Source of the DNA: a virus
Length of the DNA: 64,000 nucleotides
UHGV virus genome: UHGV-0382128
Direction: 5' to 3' (one strand)
This document shows, piece by piece, positions 27,990 to 36,789 of the stretch (the first letter of the stretch is position 1; every line of letters begins with the position of its first letter). The position numbers and the translations under genes are program-made. The notes under the pieces are model-generated. The model had not been told where the DNA came from and did no database searches. It was given only the letters and a program-made list of their open reading frames with translations.

Positions 27990-28928
27990 ATGGACTCACC
28001 TGCAATGACAACCGACGTAGAGCCAAGGTTATCGAATCGTTTATACAATAAACCCACCGTATTGTCCGTAGTTGCTACATCCAAATGTAATCTGGACTGT
28101 AGCTTCTGCGGCGGAGCCTATTACATGCATCGTGAAGATTCTCCGCGAGAGTTTCAACGTGAACGAATTTTGAAAGCGTTGGCGTCTAACCCAACCATTA
28201 CTGAAATTCAGTGGACTGGCGGTGAACCGCTACTGGCAACTCGAAAGATTGAGGCGTTTGTCGACGAATTAAAAACGATCCGTCCTGAACTCAAACACCA
28301 GATGTTCACGAACGGTTTAAAAATGCGTAAATCGCATCTACCGTTGTTAAAACAATTCGATGGTATATATGTTAGCATCGATGGGTTTAATCTTTCTGAA
28401 CGGCCTTTTAAGCGCTTTATTGATGATAATTGTCATGAAGCGTTAGAAGTAATTTACAGCTTGAATAATGTTAACACCTGGGCTGTTGTTACGAGGGAGA
28501 ATTTATCCAATAAAAGATGGCATGAAGATATCATTCAATTACATACTGCTATCTATCATTACGGTTTTCGTTCCATGTCCTTATTACTAGATAAAAACAT
28601 GCCAAAACCGTTATCTCCCGATCACGTTATGAACTTTATTTACGGGTATTTTAGAATTCAGGAGAATATAGAAAGATTAAACGTTCTAAATTCTAGAGAC
28701 TGCGGTTTTATTGTAAACAGATTCTTCGATCATGCTTGTAATGTCTGTAGCGAAAGTCTCAGGATAGACGCGGACGGGGAAGAAAACCAACTTAAAAATG
28801 TACCAATAACTACAAAAGCAGGGTGTAACCAACTAGCCTCCTCAATAGGTGTAGAAGCTTACGAGTACATTCGTCGTGTAGTGATGGCAGAGCGTAATAG
28901 AGGGGCGGAAAATGAGTCAAGAAAATAG
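27990..28928 (+). CDS. radical SAM enzyme, paralog 2
   Basis: TSKCNLDCSFCGG; three blocks of 100 percent nucleotide identity with rSAM paralog 1 (54, 38 and 84 nt). Confidence 0.75.
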   Translation: MDSPAMTTDVEPRLSNRLYNKPTVLSVVATSKCNLDCSFCGGAYYMHREDSPREFQRERILKALASNPTITEIQWTGGEPLLATRKIEAFVDELKTIRPELKHQMFTNGLKMRKSHLPLLKQFDGIYVSIDGFNLSERPFKRFIDDNCHEALEVIYSLNNVNTWAVVTRENLSNKRWHEDIIQLHTAIYHYGFRSMSLLLDKNMPKPLSPDHVMNFIYGYFRIQENIERLNVLNSRDCGFIVNRFFDHACNVCSESLRIDADGEENQLKNVPITTKAGCNQLASSIGVEAYEYIRRVVMAERNRGAENESRK

Positions 28929-30234
28929 TTATCCTAAACAACTGACTTATCAAATTGTTACAAATTTATCGTGTAACTTGGACTGTGAGTATTGTTACGA
29001 ACGTAAGTATCCCCGTAATAACAAAGCGGCGGATATTGTTGATTTTCTACACGCTTGTTTTGAACGAGATAAAGATCTGACAAACATCGAGGTCGTTATC
29101 GATATCATCGGTGGTGAGCCGTTTATGCAGCCTAAACTATTAAAGGCGGCATTTGAAACCGCAGAAGAGTTATGCGAAAAACATAATCGGCCGTTTATGT
29201 TTAGCATCTCTACTAACGGAACGTTGTTAGATAGACCTTTGAATAGAGAAATTATTGAACGTTGGAAAGACAGGCTTTCTATCGGCGTGTCTATTGATGG
29301 ATTGCCCGAATCGCACGATAAGTACCGGATTTTTACAACAACTCGTGAAGGATCTTACGAGGCCGCTGTGCGGGGCTATAACTACTTAAAAGAAGTCGGT
29401 ATTGCAGAACTTGGTGTAAAAGCGACCTTTACGTTGGAAACGTTACCGTTCTATGCTGCTGGAATGAAATCATTAATTGATATTACTGGCGGCGGAACTA
29501 TTTCTGGCAACGTAACCTTCGAAGACATTATGCCACGGAGCATGGCTACTTCAATCGCATTGCAGATGATGGACGTGGTAGATTATTGGGTTGAGAAGGG
29601 CTTACACACCAACCCACGTAACACTTTGTCGCACATCATTCCAGACGGGTTAGATTTTGATACTATCTGGGAACCAAACTGGCGTGATCAGTTATTGTAT
29701 AACGATACTGTACGTTTGAATCCAGAACGTTTACGCCCGTTCTGCGGTACGTTAACACACATGACATGCTTAGGATTTGATCGTAAGATCTTCGGTTGTA
29801 ACCGTTTCATGTCAACCGTAACATCACGTTCTGCCGTATTTGAATTAGTTGGGCGGGAATTTGTTAGCTTAGATGACGGGAAATTGCTGGAAGAGATTCA
29901 GACGCAATACACCAACTATCCTGAAACCTGTTTAGGTTGTCCAATGAAGCACGCTTGTGGTAGTTGTGCGGCTGCATCTTACGAGAATGGAGAAGGGACG
30001 CTAGAAGATCGCAAAGCTTATCACGCTGAACGCCGTCAATGTGGCTGGACAACTGCAAAGTTGATGGTTGCGGAATATTGGAAACAGAAAATGGGCACGA
30101 CGTCAGTGAAAGATTTTCATGACAATAGCATGTGTTATTGCCCTCGTTGCGTACGTGAACGTACCCAGAAAGAAAAACAATTGAGAGAAACCAAAGATGA
30201 AGCCAATTCTGATCCACAATATTACGAAGCGTAA
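28912..30234 (+). CDS. radical SAM enzyme with SPASM-like C-terminal Cys-rich domain (anSME-like architecture)
   Basis: N-terminal SCNLDCEYC (Cx3Cx2C); C-terminal CLGCPMKHACGSCAAASYENGEG and further Cys; start overlaps the stop of rSAM 2 by 17 nt. Confidence 0.75.
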   Translation: MSQENSYPKQLTYQIVTNLSCNLDCEYCYERKYPRNNKAADIVDFLHACFERDKDLTNIEVVIDIIGGEPFMQPKLLKAAFETAEELCEKHNRPFMFSISTNGTLLDRPLNREIIERWKDRLSIGVSIDGLPESHDKYRIFTTTREGSYEAAVRGYNYLKEVGIAELGVKATFTLETLPFYAAGMKSLIDITGGGTISGNVTFEDIMPRSMATSIALQMMDVVDYWVEKGLHTNPRNTLSHIIPDGLDFDTIWEPNWRDQLLYNDTVRLNPERLRPFCGTLTHMTCLGFDRKIFGCNRFMSTVTSRSAVFELVGREFVSLDDGKLLEEIQTQYTNYPETCLGCPMKHACGSCAAASYENGEGTLEDRKAYHAERRQCGWTTAKLMVAEYWKQKMGTTSVKDFHDNSMCYCPRCVRERTQKEKQLRETKDEANSDPQYYEA

Positions 30235-30769
30235 ATTCCGTTTTCTGGAAAAATTTTTAGAAACTACAAAATTGTTTGGTTGTTATGTGCAAATTAATGG
30301 TGAAGACTTCACTGACGATGTTAAACGATTATTAATTCGTCACGGAGTAACTGTAGTTATCCCAATGTATTGCACAGAACTCACCGATCTTTCAGTTACA
30401 GAAATTGAGAAACGGAATCCTGGGTTTGAACAACGTGTACTAGATTTTCCACGACATAAAATCGTGCTATTACGCAGGGCCTTGCAAGAACCAAGCGTCG
30501 AATCTATAACAGCATTAGGATTATCCTTTCCGGGCATCACGATTTACGCAATGCGGAATCCAGATTCTACTATCGATGGATTTTACGAGGAACGTGAAGC
30601 GTTCCATGATTTAATTTATCCTGAACTTACCGATGAAGAACGACAAGGATTACACATCGATTGGGATTCTGGTTTTGATAACAAATTTCGCCAAATCGAT
30701 TTTGAATTGTTAATTGAACTGGGTTTAGTTAAAGGGGAAGATGAATGTCTGTTATTGACGAAGGCTTAA
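30197..30769 (+). CDS. hypothetical protein (190 aa), translationally coupled to the rSAM genes
   Basis: Overlaps the previous gene by 38 nt. Confidence 0.5.
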   Translation: MKPILIHNITKRKFRFLEKFLETTKLFGCYVQINGEDFTDDVKRLLIRHGVTVVIPMYCTELTDLSVTEIEKRNPGFEQRVLDFPRHKIVLLRRALQEPSVESITALGLSFPGITIYAMRNPDSTIDGFYEEREAFHDLIYPELTDEERQGLHIDWDSGFDNKFRQIDFELLIELGLVKGEDECLLLTKA

Positions 30770-31419
30770 CGAAAGAGGAAATACGTCAACGTTATTTCTC
30801 ACGAGGGCTTCCAATCGATCGCCACGGTAATTACATGGAACGAATTGGCAACGAGGATCGTGGTCGTGCGGGTTTTTGTGCGCTTCTACACTACAAATTA
30901 ATCGATGGGTTGGAAGATAAGGCCGCAATCGAACAGATGCGTAGTTACGATATGTCGGAGATTGAGGCTAATTTCACTCTACAGAAAGCGAAAGAATTTA
31001 TCGCTGATGTTCTTGAGATTGATTTAGAAGAAATACGAAACAACGTTCGATCAACTGCACGTTATATCTATCAAGATGTTCAGAAAATCATGATAGAGAT
31101 GGAACGTCTTTATGAGGAACAGCGTTATGCACCCATTAAGTTAAATGGGTGTTATTTCCAAACAGACGACGCATCGCGACAGATGTTAAGTCAGTATATT
31201 CAGTCTGAAACCGCCCCGGAATATTGGTTGGATACGTCGAATGCACGAATAGAACCGTTCACGTTGGAACAATGCAAAGAACTGATGGCAGCGATTGTGA
31301 AACGTGATCAGAAATTGCATGGGCAGAAAACCGAGCAGAAAAAAGAGCTTCGGCTTTTAGCCGAGCGGCGTGATTATGATACCATCCGAGCGTACGCTTT
31401 GGAAATGGGGATAAAATAA
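30745..31419 (+). CDS. hypothetical protein (224 aa), last gene of the plus-strand cluster
   Basis: Overlaps the previous gene; followed by a strong terminator. Confidence 0.5.
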   Translation: MSVIDEGLTKEEIRQRYFSRGLPIDRHGNYMERIGNEDRGRAGFCALLHYKLIDGLEDKAAIEQMRSYDMSEIEANFTLQKAKEFIADVLEIDLEEIRNNVRSTARYIYQDVQKIMIEMERLYEEQRYAPIKLNGCYFQTDDASRQMLSQYIQSETAPEYWLDTSNARIEPFTLEQCKELMAAIVKRDQKLHGQKTEQKKELRLLAERRDYDTIRAYALEMGIK

Positions 31420-31468
31420 AAAAGTACCTACCTCCTTTACGGAGGTAGGTAAACTTATTATTTTTTTT
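31415..31468. terminator. bidirectional rho-independent terminator
   Basis: TACCTACCTCC-TTTAC-GGAGGTAGGTA hairpin flanked by A-run and T8 run, between convergent genes. Confidence 0.75.
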
Positions 31469-31490
31469 GTTATAGTAGTTGACTTAGCGA

Positions 31491-32021
31491 TTAAGCAGTA
31501 AAGCCGTCAAGTTCACCGTCGGTGGTGGCCAGGTCAATACGATTATCAACAACTTTCGGCGTAATTACGAAAGTTGCCATTACACCCGGTTTATAACGGA
31601 GGTTCTTTTCAGTAACGGTACACGTTACCGTACGCAGAGTGACGCTATCGTGTTCGTCTTTCTGGTCTTCGGTGGTGTACTCAACGTCACCAGGTGCGAT
31701 AGAGTCGTCAGGTTTTACTTTATTGATGTAAAACTGTAATCGGTCGCGTAGTTCGTTTTCTCCAGTCCAGAGAGCCAAATCGTCCGTTACCTCAATGCGT
31801 CCGACAACGCCAGGTTCCAGACGATCGTAATGCAGTTCGATTGCGCCTTTAAAATTTTCAGACTCTGTACGTGCGGTCATGGTAACTTTGGTATTTTTAT
31901 CGCCCTTTTCAAGAGCGACAGGTTGACCAAAAGTTACCTCTTTATCAGTGACCTGATGCGGTAGCTCTGTGTTAGCAGCATTATAAAGCGCAACTAACAT
32001 CATCTGGTTAGTAGCTGCCAT
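31491..32021 (-). CDS. small beta-rich protein, member of a 6-copy paralog family (putatively virion or fibre associated)
   Basis: Shares N-terminal pattern and C-terminal GELDGFTA with 32090..32620; weaker similarity to 35297, 35775, 46811 and 53418. Confidence 0.55.
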   Translation of the reverse strand: MAATNQMMLVALYNAANTELPHQVTDKEVTFGQPVALEKGDKNTKVTMTARTESENFKGAIELHYDRLEPGVVGRIEVTDDLALWTGENELRDRLQFYINKVKPDDSIAPGDVEYTTEDQKDEHDSVTLRTVTCTVTEKNLRYKPGVMATFVITPKVVDNRIDLATTDGELDGFTA

Positions 32022-32072
32022 TATCTTAAATCCTTAAAATGAAAGTTAAAGAAATATCGGGGGAGGTTACCA

Positions 32073-32082
32073 CCCCCCCCCC
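32073..32082 (+). repeat. C10 homopolymer (G10 on the coding minus strand), intergenic
   Basis: Counted directly; lies between the stop of 32090..32620 and the RBS of 31491..32021. Confidence 0.9.
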
Positions 32083-32089
32083 GAATCAA

Positions 32090-32620
32090 TTACTCTTTAG
32101 GCGCTGGTGCGGTGAAGCCATCCAGTTCACCTTCCAAACCGTTCAGTGCTACTTTCTCAATAGCCGGAGGAGTAACTTTATACGTTGCAACAGTACCTGG
32201 CAGGAACTTCAGGTGTCCAGCCACAACAGTTACTACGTAAATGGTTTTGCCTTCTTCTTCACGAGAAATAGTTTGCAGGTCGTTTTCACCGAATTCGTCA
32301 TCGGTGTACCCCTTCTCAACCATGGCTGCGTTAACTTTTGCCAGGATTTTCGTTGGTGAATCGAAATCGGTAGTAGGTGCAGTTACTTCAACTTCACCAA
32401 CGATGTCGCAGGAAAGACGAGTATAGTGGAATTCTTTCTCGCCTTTGAAGTTCTGGCTTTCTGCCTTGGCGGTCAGAGTAATTTTAGTGTTGCGGCCAGC
32501 TTCTCCGGTGAAGTCAGCGACAGCACTAAAGTCAACATCAGCTACGGTGAGAGCGGAGTTCAGAGAGCTGTTTTTAGTGTTAATAAGTTCGATAAGCTGC
32601 TGTTGAAAAGTTTTAGCCAT
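32090..32620 (-). CDS. small beta-rich protein, same paralog family
   Basis: 176 aa; C-terminal GELDGFTAPAPKE; pattern LIELINT...TKITLTAKAESQNFKG...HYTRL. Confidence 0.55.
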   Translation of the reverse strand: MAKTFQQQLIELINTKNSSLNSALTVADVDFSAVADFTGEAGRNTKITLTAKAESQNFKGEKEFHYTRLSCDIVGEVEVTAPTTDFDSPTKILAKVNAAMVEKGYTDDEFGENDLQTISREEEGKTIYVVTVVAGHLKFLPGTVATYKVTPPAIEKVALNGLEGELDGFTAPAPKE

Positions 32621-32752
32621 TGTTTTTTACCTCGTAAGTAGTATGGGTGGTTTGCATAGTATTGTTCGGATTATAGAAGCGGTGTTAATAGTTATGACAG
32701 GCGGCAGAAGGGTTGCTTGTAAAATTAATTAACTTTAACTTTTTTATAAAAG

Positions 32753-33244
32753 GTGAAAAGTATGATAAAACGTTTTCTTATTGTTATGGTTGGTGTTTTT
32801 TCATTGGCAGGATGTGCCTTACAACCGAATGGTGACGGCCAATTCTCGACTGTGCCGGTGGAGCCACATGATATGGTTATTTACACCTGTATGGGTGCAG
32901 AGCAAGATTTTGCAAATTACAAACCTGTCGTCAGCTCGACTAATATAATGTTAGGGTCAGTAACTGTACTCGATACTGGTGCTAACTGGGTAGCCACTTG
33001 GCCAAATGGTAAGATTGAGTCGCCGCAACTTTATAAAGATTTATTAGGTAAAGTTAATGGGAATATTGATCCTATCACAGGACAACGTTACTATCGTGTA
33101 AATGGTTTACTTTCAAAAACGCCAACGTTTGCGTATTCTACTTTAGAATATAAAACGGGTGATGGTAAAGGCATTACTTTCTTCCACTGTAAAGAAGGTG
33201 TAGCGTCTGACACTGGAACAATGCTCCATCCTGCGGAACAATAA
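32753..33244 (+). CDS. lipoprotein (163 aa)
   Basis: Signal peptide with lipobox LAGC (MKSMIKRFLIVMVGVFSLAGCALQ); isolated plus-strand gene with its own terminator. Confidence 0.6.
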   Translation: MKSMIKRFLIVMVGVFSLAGCALQPNGDGQFSTVPVEPHDMVIYTCMGAEQDFANYKPVVSSTNIMLGSVTVLDTGANWVATWPNGKIESPQLYKDLLGKVNGNIDPITGQRYYRVNGLLSKTPTFAYSTLEYKTGDGKGITFFHCKEGVASDTGTMLHPAEQ

Positions 33245-33250
33245 AAACTA

Positions 33251-33286
33251 CCCTACTCCTTATCGGGAGTAGGGTATATTCATTTT
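33251..33286 (+). terminator. rho-independent terminator
   Basis: CCCTACTCC-TTATCG-GGAGTAGGG hairpin followed by TATATTCATTTT. Confidence 0.6.
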
Positions 33287-33359
33287 AACCGCCAAATCGT
33301 GCGTAAAACGCATTCTGAGCGTCTTTATACAAAATAAGGTATAAACACCTTAGAAATAG

Positions 33360-33875
33360 TTAAATCTCGACTAAGGCGCTCCAATCGATTGGTTTTTGCT
33401 TAACAACTTTCACAGTACCGCGATTTGGTGACCAGAAAGTAATGTTAGGCTGGTTACGAACGTCAATGTGCAACCAACTGATGTCACATTCAATAAAGTG
33501 AATGAACGGAAACTCGTCAGGGTTAGCAGCGATATAGTCGTGAACCTGTTTTACGGTGCTATCCAACAACGTTGCATCAATGGCGTTACCGAATTTGTGT
33601 TGACTTCCTGAATCGGCGTAAAGCTGCAACGCACGTTGTTTATAACTACCACCCTTAGGCTTTTCTTGATTAATAAAGAAATCTAAGGTTCTTAGTCCAC
33701 GTTGTTGTGCGGCAGTTGAGTTAATCACCATTCTACCGAAACGGTTACGAATCTGTTGTAGGGAAATCATTAGCAACGGATTCATAAACCGAATTGCGGA
33801 ATCGCCGTATTTGGCAATATAGGACTGTGGTACTAACTCTCTGAGTTTAAAGTTACTCGGATTTGGATGAAACAT
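33360..33875 (-). CDS. peptidase M15-family-like cell-wall hydrolase (putative lysin)
   Basis: SQHKFGNAIDA (S.H..G.A.D) and WLHIDVR (H.D) motifs typical of the M15 zinc peptidase fold. Confidence 0.5.
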   Translation of the reverse strand: MFHPNPSNFKLRELVPQSYIAKYGDSAIRFMNPLLMISLQQIRNRFGRMVINSTAAQQRGLRTLDFFINQEKPKGGSYKQRALQLYADSGSQHKFGNAIDATLLDSTVKQVHDYIAANPDEFPFIHFIECDISWLHIDVRNQPNITFWSPNRGTVKVVKQKPIDWSALVEI

Positions 33876-34527
33876 CTTCCCTCCCAGACAGAAAAGCCCG
33901 TTTGATGTTCAGGTATTTGACATTAACGGGACAATCTGTGGTGATATCAATACGTTCGTGGTCAGGGATTGCAGGTTCCTTAAACTCGCGAACGAATAAA
34001 TAGTTTCGATTGTAATCTAACGTACGAAACGCGTTAGTGTTGTAGGATGGCTTTGCATTAGGATCTACGTAGGCATCCCAGCCGAAATCAACAACGGCCT
34101 TATAAAATGTTTGGCAGATATAAGGCGAGATTTCCAACGACTGCATAATACGCAGGAAAGTTAAGTCAGAAAACTCTTTATCGATAAAACGCGAAACGTT
34201 ACCACCCGGTGTCATGGGATAGCTACGCTCCGTGTTGCATTTTTGATAGAGTAAGTCGTGAATACAGGCCGCAGGTGCCCACGGTCCGTCAGGATGGAAA
34301 ATTCCCTGGAGGTGATCAGGAATTGACGCTAAATCGGTAACGAACCCTTTCGGTGCTGTTAACCACAGTTGTGTGTCAGGCAATACACCCGTTAAATAAA
34401 CCGCACGGTCTAAGTGTACGTGGTCGTGATAAATCTCGCGTAACGTAAACGGATAATGGTAATCCTCCGTTAATACAAACCACTTATTGTCTAAACGTTT
34501 ATATTGAAGCTTCTCCATTACCCACAC
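33853..34527 (-). CDS. DUF1353-like protein
   Basis: GFVTDLASIP ... AACIHDLLYQ resembles the F.TD..SIP / HD..Y signature recalled for DUF1353. Confidence 0.4.
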   Translation of the reverse strand: MWVMEKLQYKRLDNKWFVLTEDYHYPFTLREIYHDHVHLDRAVYLTGVLPDTQLWLTAPKGFVTDLASIPDHLQGIFHPDGPWAPAACIHDLLYQKCNTERSYPMTPGGNVSRFIDKEFSDLTFLRIMQSLEISPYICQTFYKAVVDFGWDAYVDPNAKPSYNTNAFRTLDYNRNYLFVREFKEPAIPDHERIDITTDCPVNVKYLNIKRAFLSGREDVSSKSE

Positions 34528-34533
34528 CTTCCC

Positions 34534-34638
34534 TTATAGAAACCAGAAAAATTCGTACCCACGCTTTTCGTCTTTACGTTTCCGTCCAGACGTTAACGCT
34601 TTCCACAATAGTGCTAAGAGTTTAGCAAACCAATTCAT
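34534..34638 (-). CDS. possible small ORF (34 aa, MNWFAKLLALLWKALTSGRKRKDEKRGYEFFWFL)
   Basis: Hand-translated; ATG overlaps the GH108 stop (AAATGA); hydrophobic then basic segment; not in the ORF track. Confidence 0.25.
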   Translation of the reverse strand: MNWFAKLLALLWKALTSGRKRKDEKRGYEFFWFL

Positions 34639-35225
34639 TTTACTAACCCCGCCTTCACTACATAATCCGGCATTTCCCTGTACACGCGTCCGTACCAGCC
34701 GTAAGCGAATTTTTCATTCTTCTTACGCTTTTCGGAGATTTCTGTGTAGTAGGTTACCTGGTGTGAGATTAACGCAAAGATTAAGATGCCTAATCCCTCG
34801 CCTTTACGGTAATTCAGATAAGCATTCAGAGCACCTAGTGTTTTAGGTCCCATACCACCGTCGGTGTCAATATCTGCGTAAAGTTTCCCTTCGTTATTTA
34901 AAACGTTGAGAATACGTTGTAATGATTTCACACAGTTAACACGACCAGAGTTAATACCAAAATCAAACATCCTGTCGGCGAGTATCGGCGAGATAGCGAA
35001 AATCTCATCGAGTTTAAGTTTCTTCCACCAACCACGATCGTAAATATCAAACGCTTGCGCACGGGTCAGATCTTTCATTCTTCCTTTGTACCCGTATTCG
35101 CGTGCAGTTGTCAGTGTTACCCCGTGACAGGTTTCCCCACCTTTATCGTCAGGGTCATTGACGTACCCACCCTCTAAATCTGTTTTCGAAGCAATAATGC
35201 CTTCTTTAGTCCAACGTTCGGCCAT
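34635..35225 (-). CDS. GH108-like muramidase with peptidoglycan-binding domain (putative endolysin)
   Basis: EGGYVNDPDDKGGETCHGVT matches the GH108 N-terminal signature; C-terminal GWYGR typical of the associated PG-binding domain; AGGAG RBS. Confidence 0.65.
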   Translation of the reverse strand: MAERWTKEGIIASKTDLEGGYVNDPDDKGGETCHGVTLTTAREYGYKGRMKDLTRAQAFDIYDRGWWKKLKLDEIFAISPILADRMFDFGINSGRVNCVKSLQRILNVLNNEGKLYADIDTDGGMGPKTLGALNAYLNYRKGEGLGILIFALISHQVTYYTEISEKRKKNEKFAYGWYGRVYREMPDYVVKAGLVK

Positions 35226-35246
35226 TTTGTTTAACTCCTCTTTTAC

Positions 35247-35282
35247 ACAAAAAAAGAAAAGAGGGTGGGATTACCCCACCCT
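35247..35282 (-). terminator. rho-independent terminator
   Basis: GGGTGGGATTACCCCACCC hairpin followed on the minus strand by a T-rich run. Confidence 0.65.
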
Positions 35283-35296
35283 GTAGTTATTTCTTC

Positions 35297-35761
35297 TTAG
35301 CGAGATGGCTTGGCTGGCGCTGCGGCGACAGACGGTTTACGCGCAACACGCACTGTAAAACCACCGACCCAGGTTAGACACTCGGGGCGGAAGAAAATAC
35401 CGTGCTCGATTGCACTGCCGTCTAGCGGTAACGCACCAACCTGCTCTACCCATACATCGTCTTCTGTAAGGGTTAAGCCATACTGCTCGTTAATTACAGG
35501 CAGCAAGTCCGCAGTCGTGGTTGCTGCCTCAACTAACAGTTTCGGCAATACGTTGTGGAAATACAAACCTGCATCAATGCGGTTATACTGGAACGTTTGC
35601 TTATTAACATAACCGAGATTCTTAACCGGCACAACCGTAATTTCGGTGTTGTACGTACCGGTACTTACGACGGGCTCACCCAATGTGACTTTGGCGGTGT
35701 CGAGCTCGGCGTCTGGGTTAGCCTTTTTAATAAGGTCGAAGATAGTTTCTTGACTGGTCAT
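35297..35761 (-). CDS. small beta-rich protein, paralog family member
   Basis: 154 aa; pattern IFDLIKKANP...VTLGEPV...TEITVVP..F.YNRI. Confidence 0.5.
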   Translation of the reverse strand: MTSQETIFDLIKKANPDAELDTAKVTLGEPVVSTGTYNTEITVVPVKNLGYVNKQTFQYNRIDAGLYFHNVLPKLLVEAATTTADLLPVINEQYGLTLTEDDVWVEQVGALPLDGSAIEHGIFFRPECLTWVGGFTVRVARKPSVAAAPAKPSR

Positions 35762-35774
35762 TACTGTAATCCTC

Positions 35775-36623
35775 TTAATCTAAGAATCCAGGTAAGACCG
35801 AATTAGTCTTGGCTAATTCAATCTTCGACTTCGGACGATCGGTTCCGTTAAAGTGAATTAACAGTTTACCGGTCAGGTTAGAACACATACCGCTTAGGGC
35901 GAGTACCAGCACACGCGTGTACTTCGCATTTGCGCCTTCGAAACCTGCGGTAGGGCCATCGTAGATAACCTTAGCACCGAACAAGTTATTAGCAGCGTTC
36001 TTAGGTACGCTTACCCATTTCTCATCAACAACGTTAGTCAGTTTAGTAGCTAACTCTACTAAGTCTACGGTGCCGTTGATGGTAATTGGATCAAGGTAAT
36101 CTTTTTCTGCGGTGAAGTCAATTGGGTAAGAATAAACCGCAGCGTTACCTTTCTTAGTGGACGGATACTCTACCAGGTTTTCTAATTGAGTAACAGGCAG
36201 CAATTTAGCCAGATCAATAGGATCGCGTAGCGTAAGCGTCACTTCGCCACACCACTCGTAAGATTTCTCGTTAGCGGTAAGTTGGTGGGTTTTACCTTCA
36301 ACTTTCGCATCAACGATATCCGATGGCAGAATATTTAAATCGTATTTTGCGTTGATTGCGTTAAGCAAATCTGAGGCGGTTACAACACCGTCGTTACCGA
36401 ATACCAACTCACCTGTTAGGTATTCGGGCAAATTACGACGATGGTAAGTCACCGTTAAAGTAGTAGACTCATCGCCTTTGAGTTTAGAAGTCAGAACCAC
36501 CTGGGTATCAACCCCAGTACCAGTAGGTTCGCCGATATCAACATCACTGAAGGTCAATGGCGGAACAATATTGTTTTCAGTGTTGATGAGTTTTAGCAGT
36601 TTCTGTTTTGACGTAAGAGACAT
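35775..36623 (-). CDS. paralog family member with C-terminal extension (282 aa)
   Basis: N-terminal LLKLINTENN...FSDVDIGEP...LTVTYHRR pattern. Confidence 0.5.
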   Translation of the reverse strand: MSLTSKQKLLKLINTENNIVPPLTFSDVDIGEPTGTGVDTQVVLTSKLKGDESTTLTVTYHRRNLPEYLTGELVFGNDGVVTASDLLNAINAKYDLNILPSDIVDAKVEGKTHQLTANEKSYEWCGEVTLTLRDPIDLAKLLPVTQLENLVEYPSTKKGNAAVYSYPIDFTAEKDYLDPITINGTVDLVELATKLTNVVDEKWVSVPKNAANNLFGAKVIYDGPTAGFEGANAKYTRVLVLALSGMCSNLTGKLLIHFNGTDRPKSKIELAKTNSVLPGFLD

Positions 36624-36724
36624 CGCGTTAACTCACAATAAGTAAAAAGGTTTAAGAGGTCGTTTTACATCCCTCAGCCAGCATAGGAATAGTCGAGTAG
36701 AAGGTAAGTAAAGTAGCGTCAAAA

Positions 36725-36782
36725 TAACAAAAAAGAAAAGGGAAAGAAAATTAATTCCGCTATAGACCGAAGTCTATAGCGG
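36725..36782 (-). terminator. rho-independent terminator (UUCG-loop hairpin)
   Basis: CCGCTATAGAC-TTCG-GTCTATAGCGG perfect 11-bp stem followed on the minus strand by a T-rich tract. Confidence 0.7.
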
Positions 36783-36789
36783 AGAGAGC

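Noticed and set aside
32621-32752. Sigma70-type promoter assignment in the divergent gap (a TATAAT hexamer on the minus strand)
   Set aside because: No acceptable -35 element at 16-18 nt spacing; the match could be chance in AT-rich sequence.
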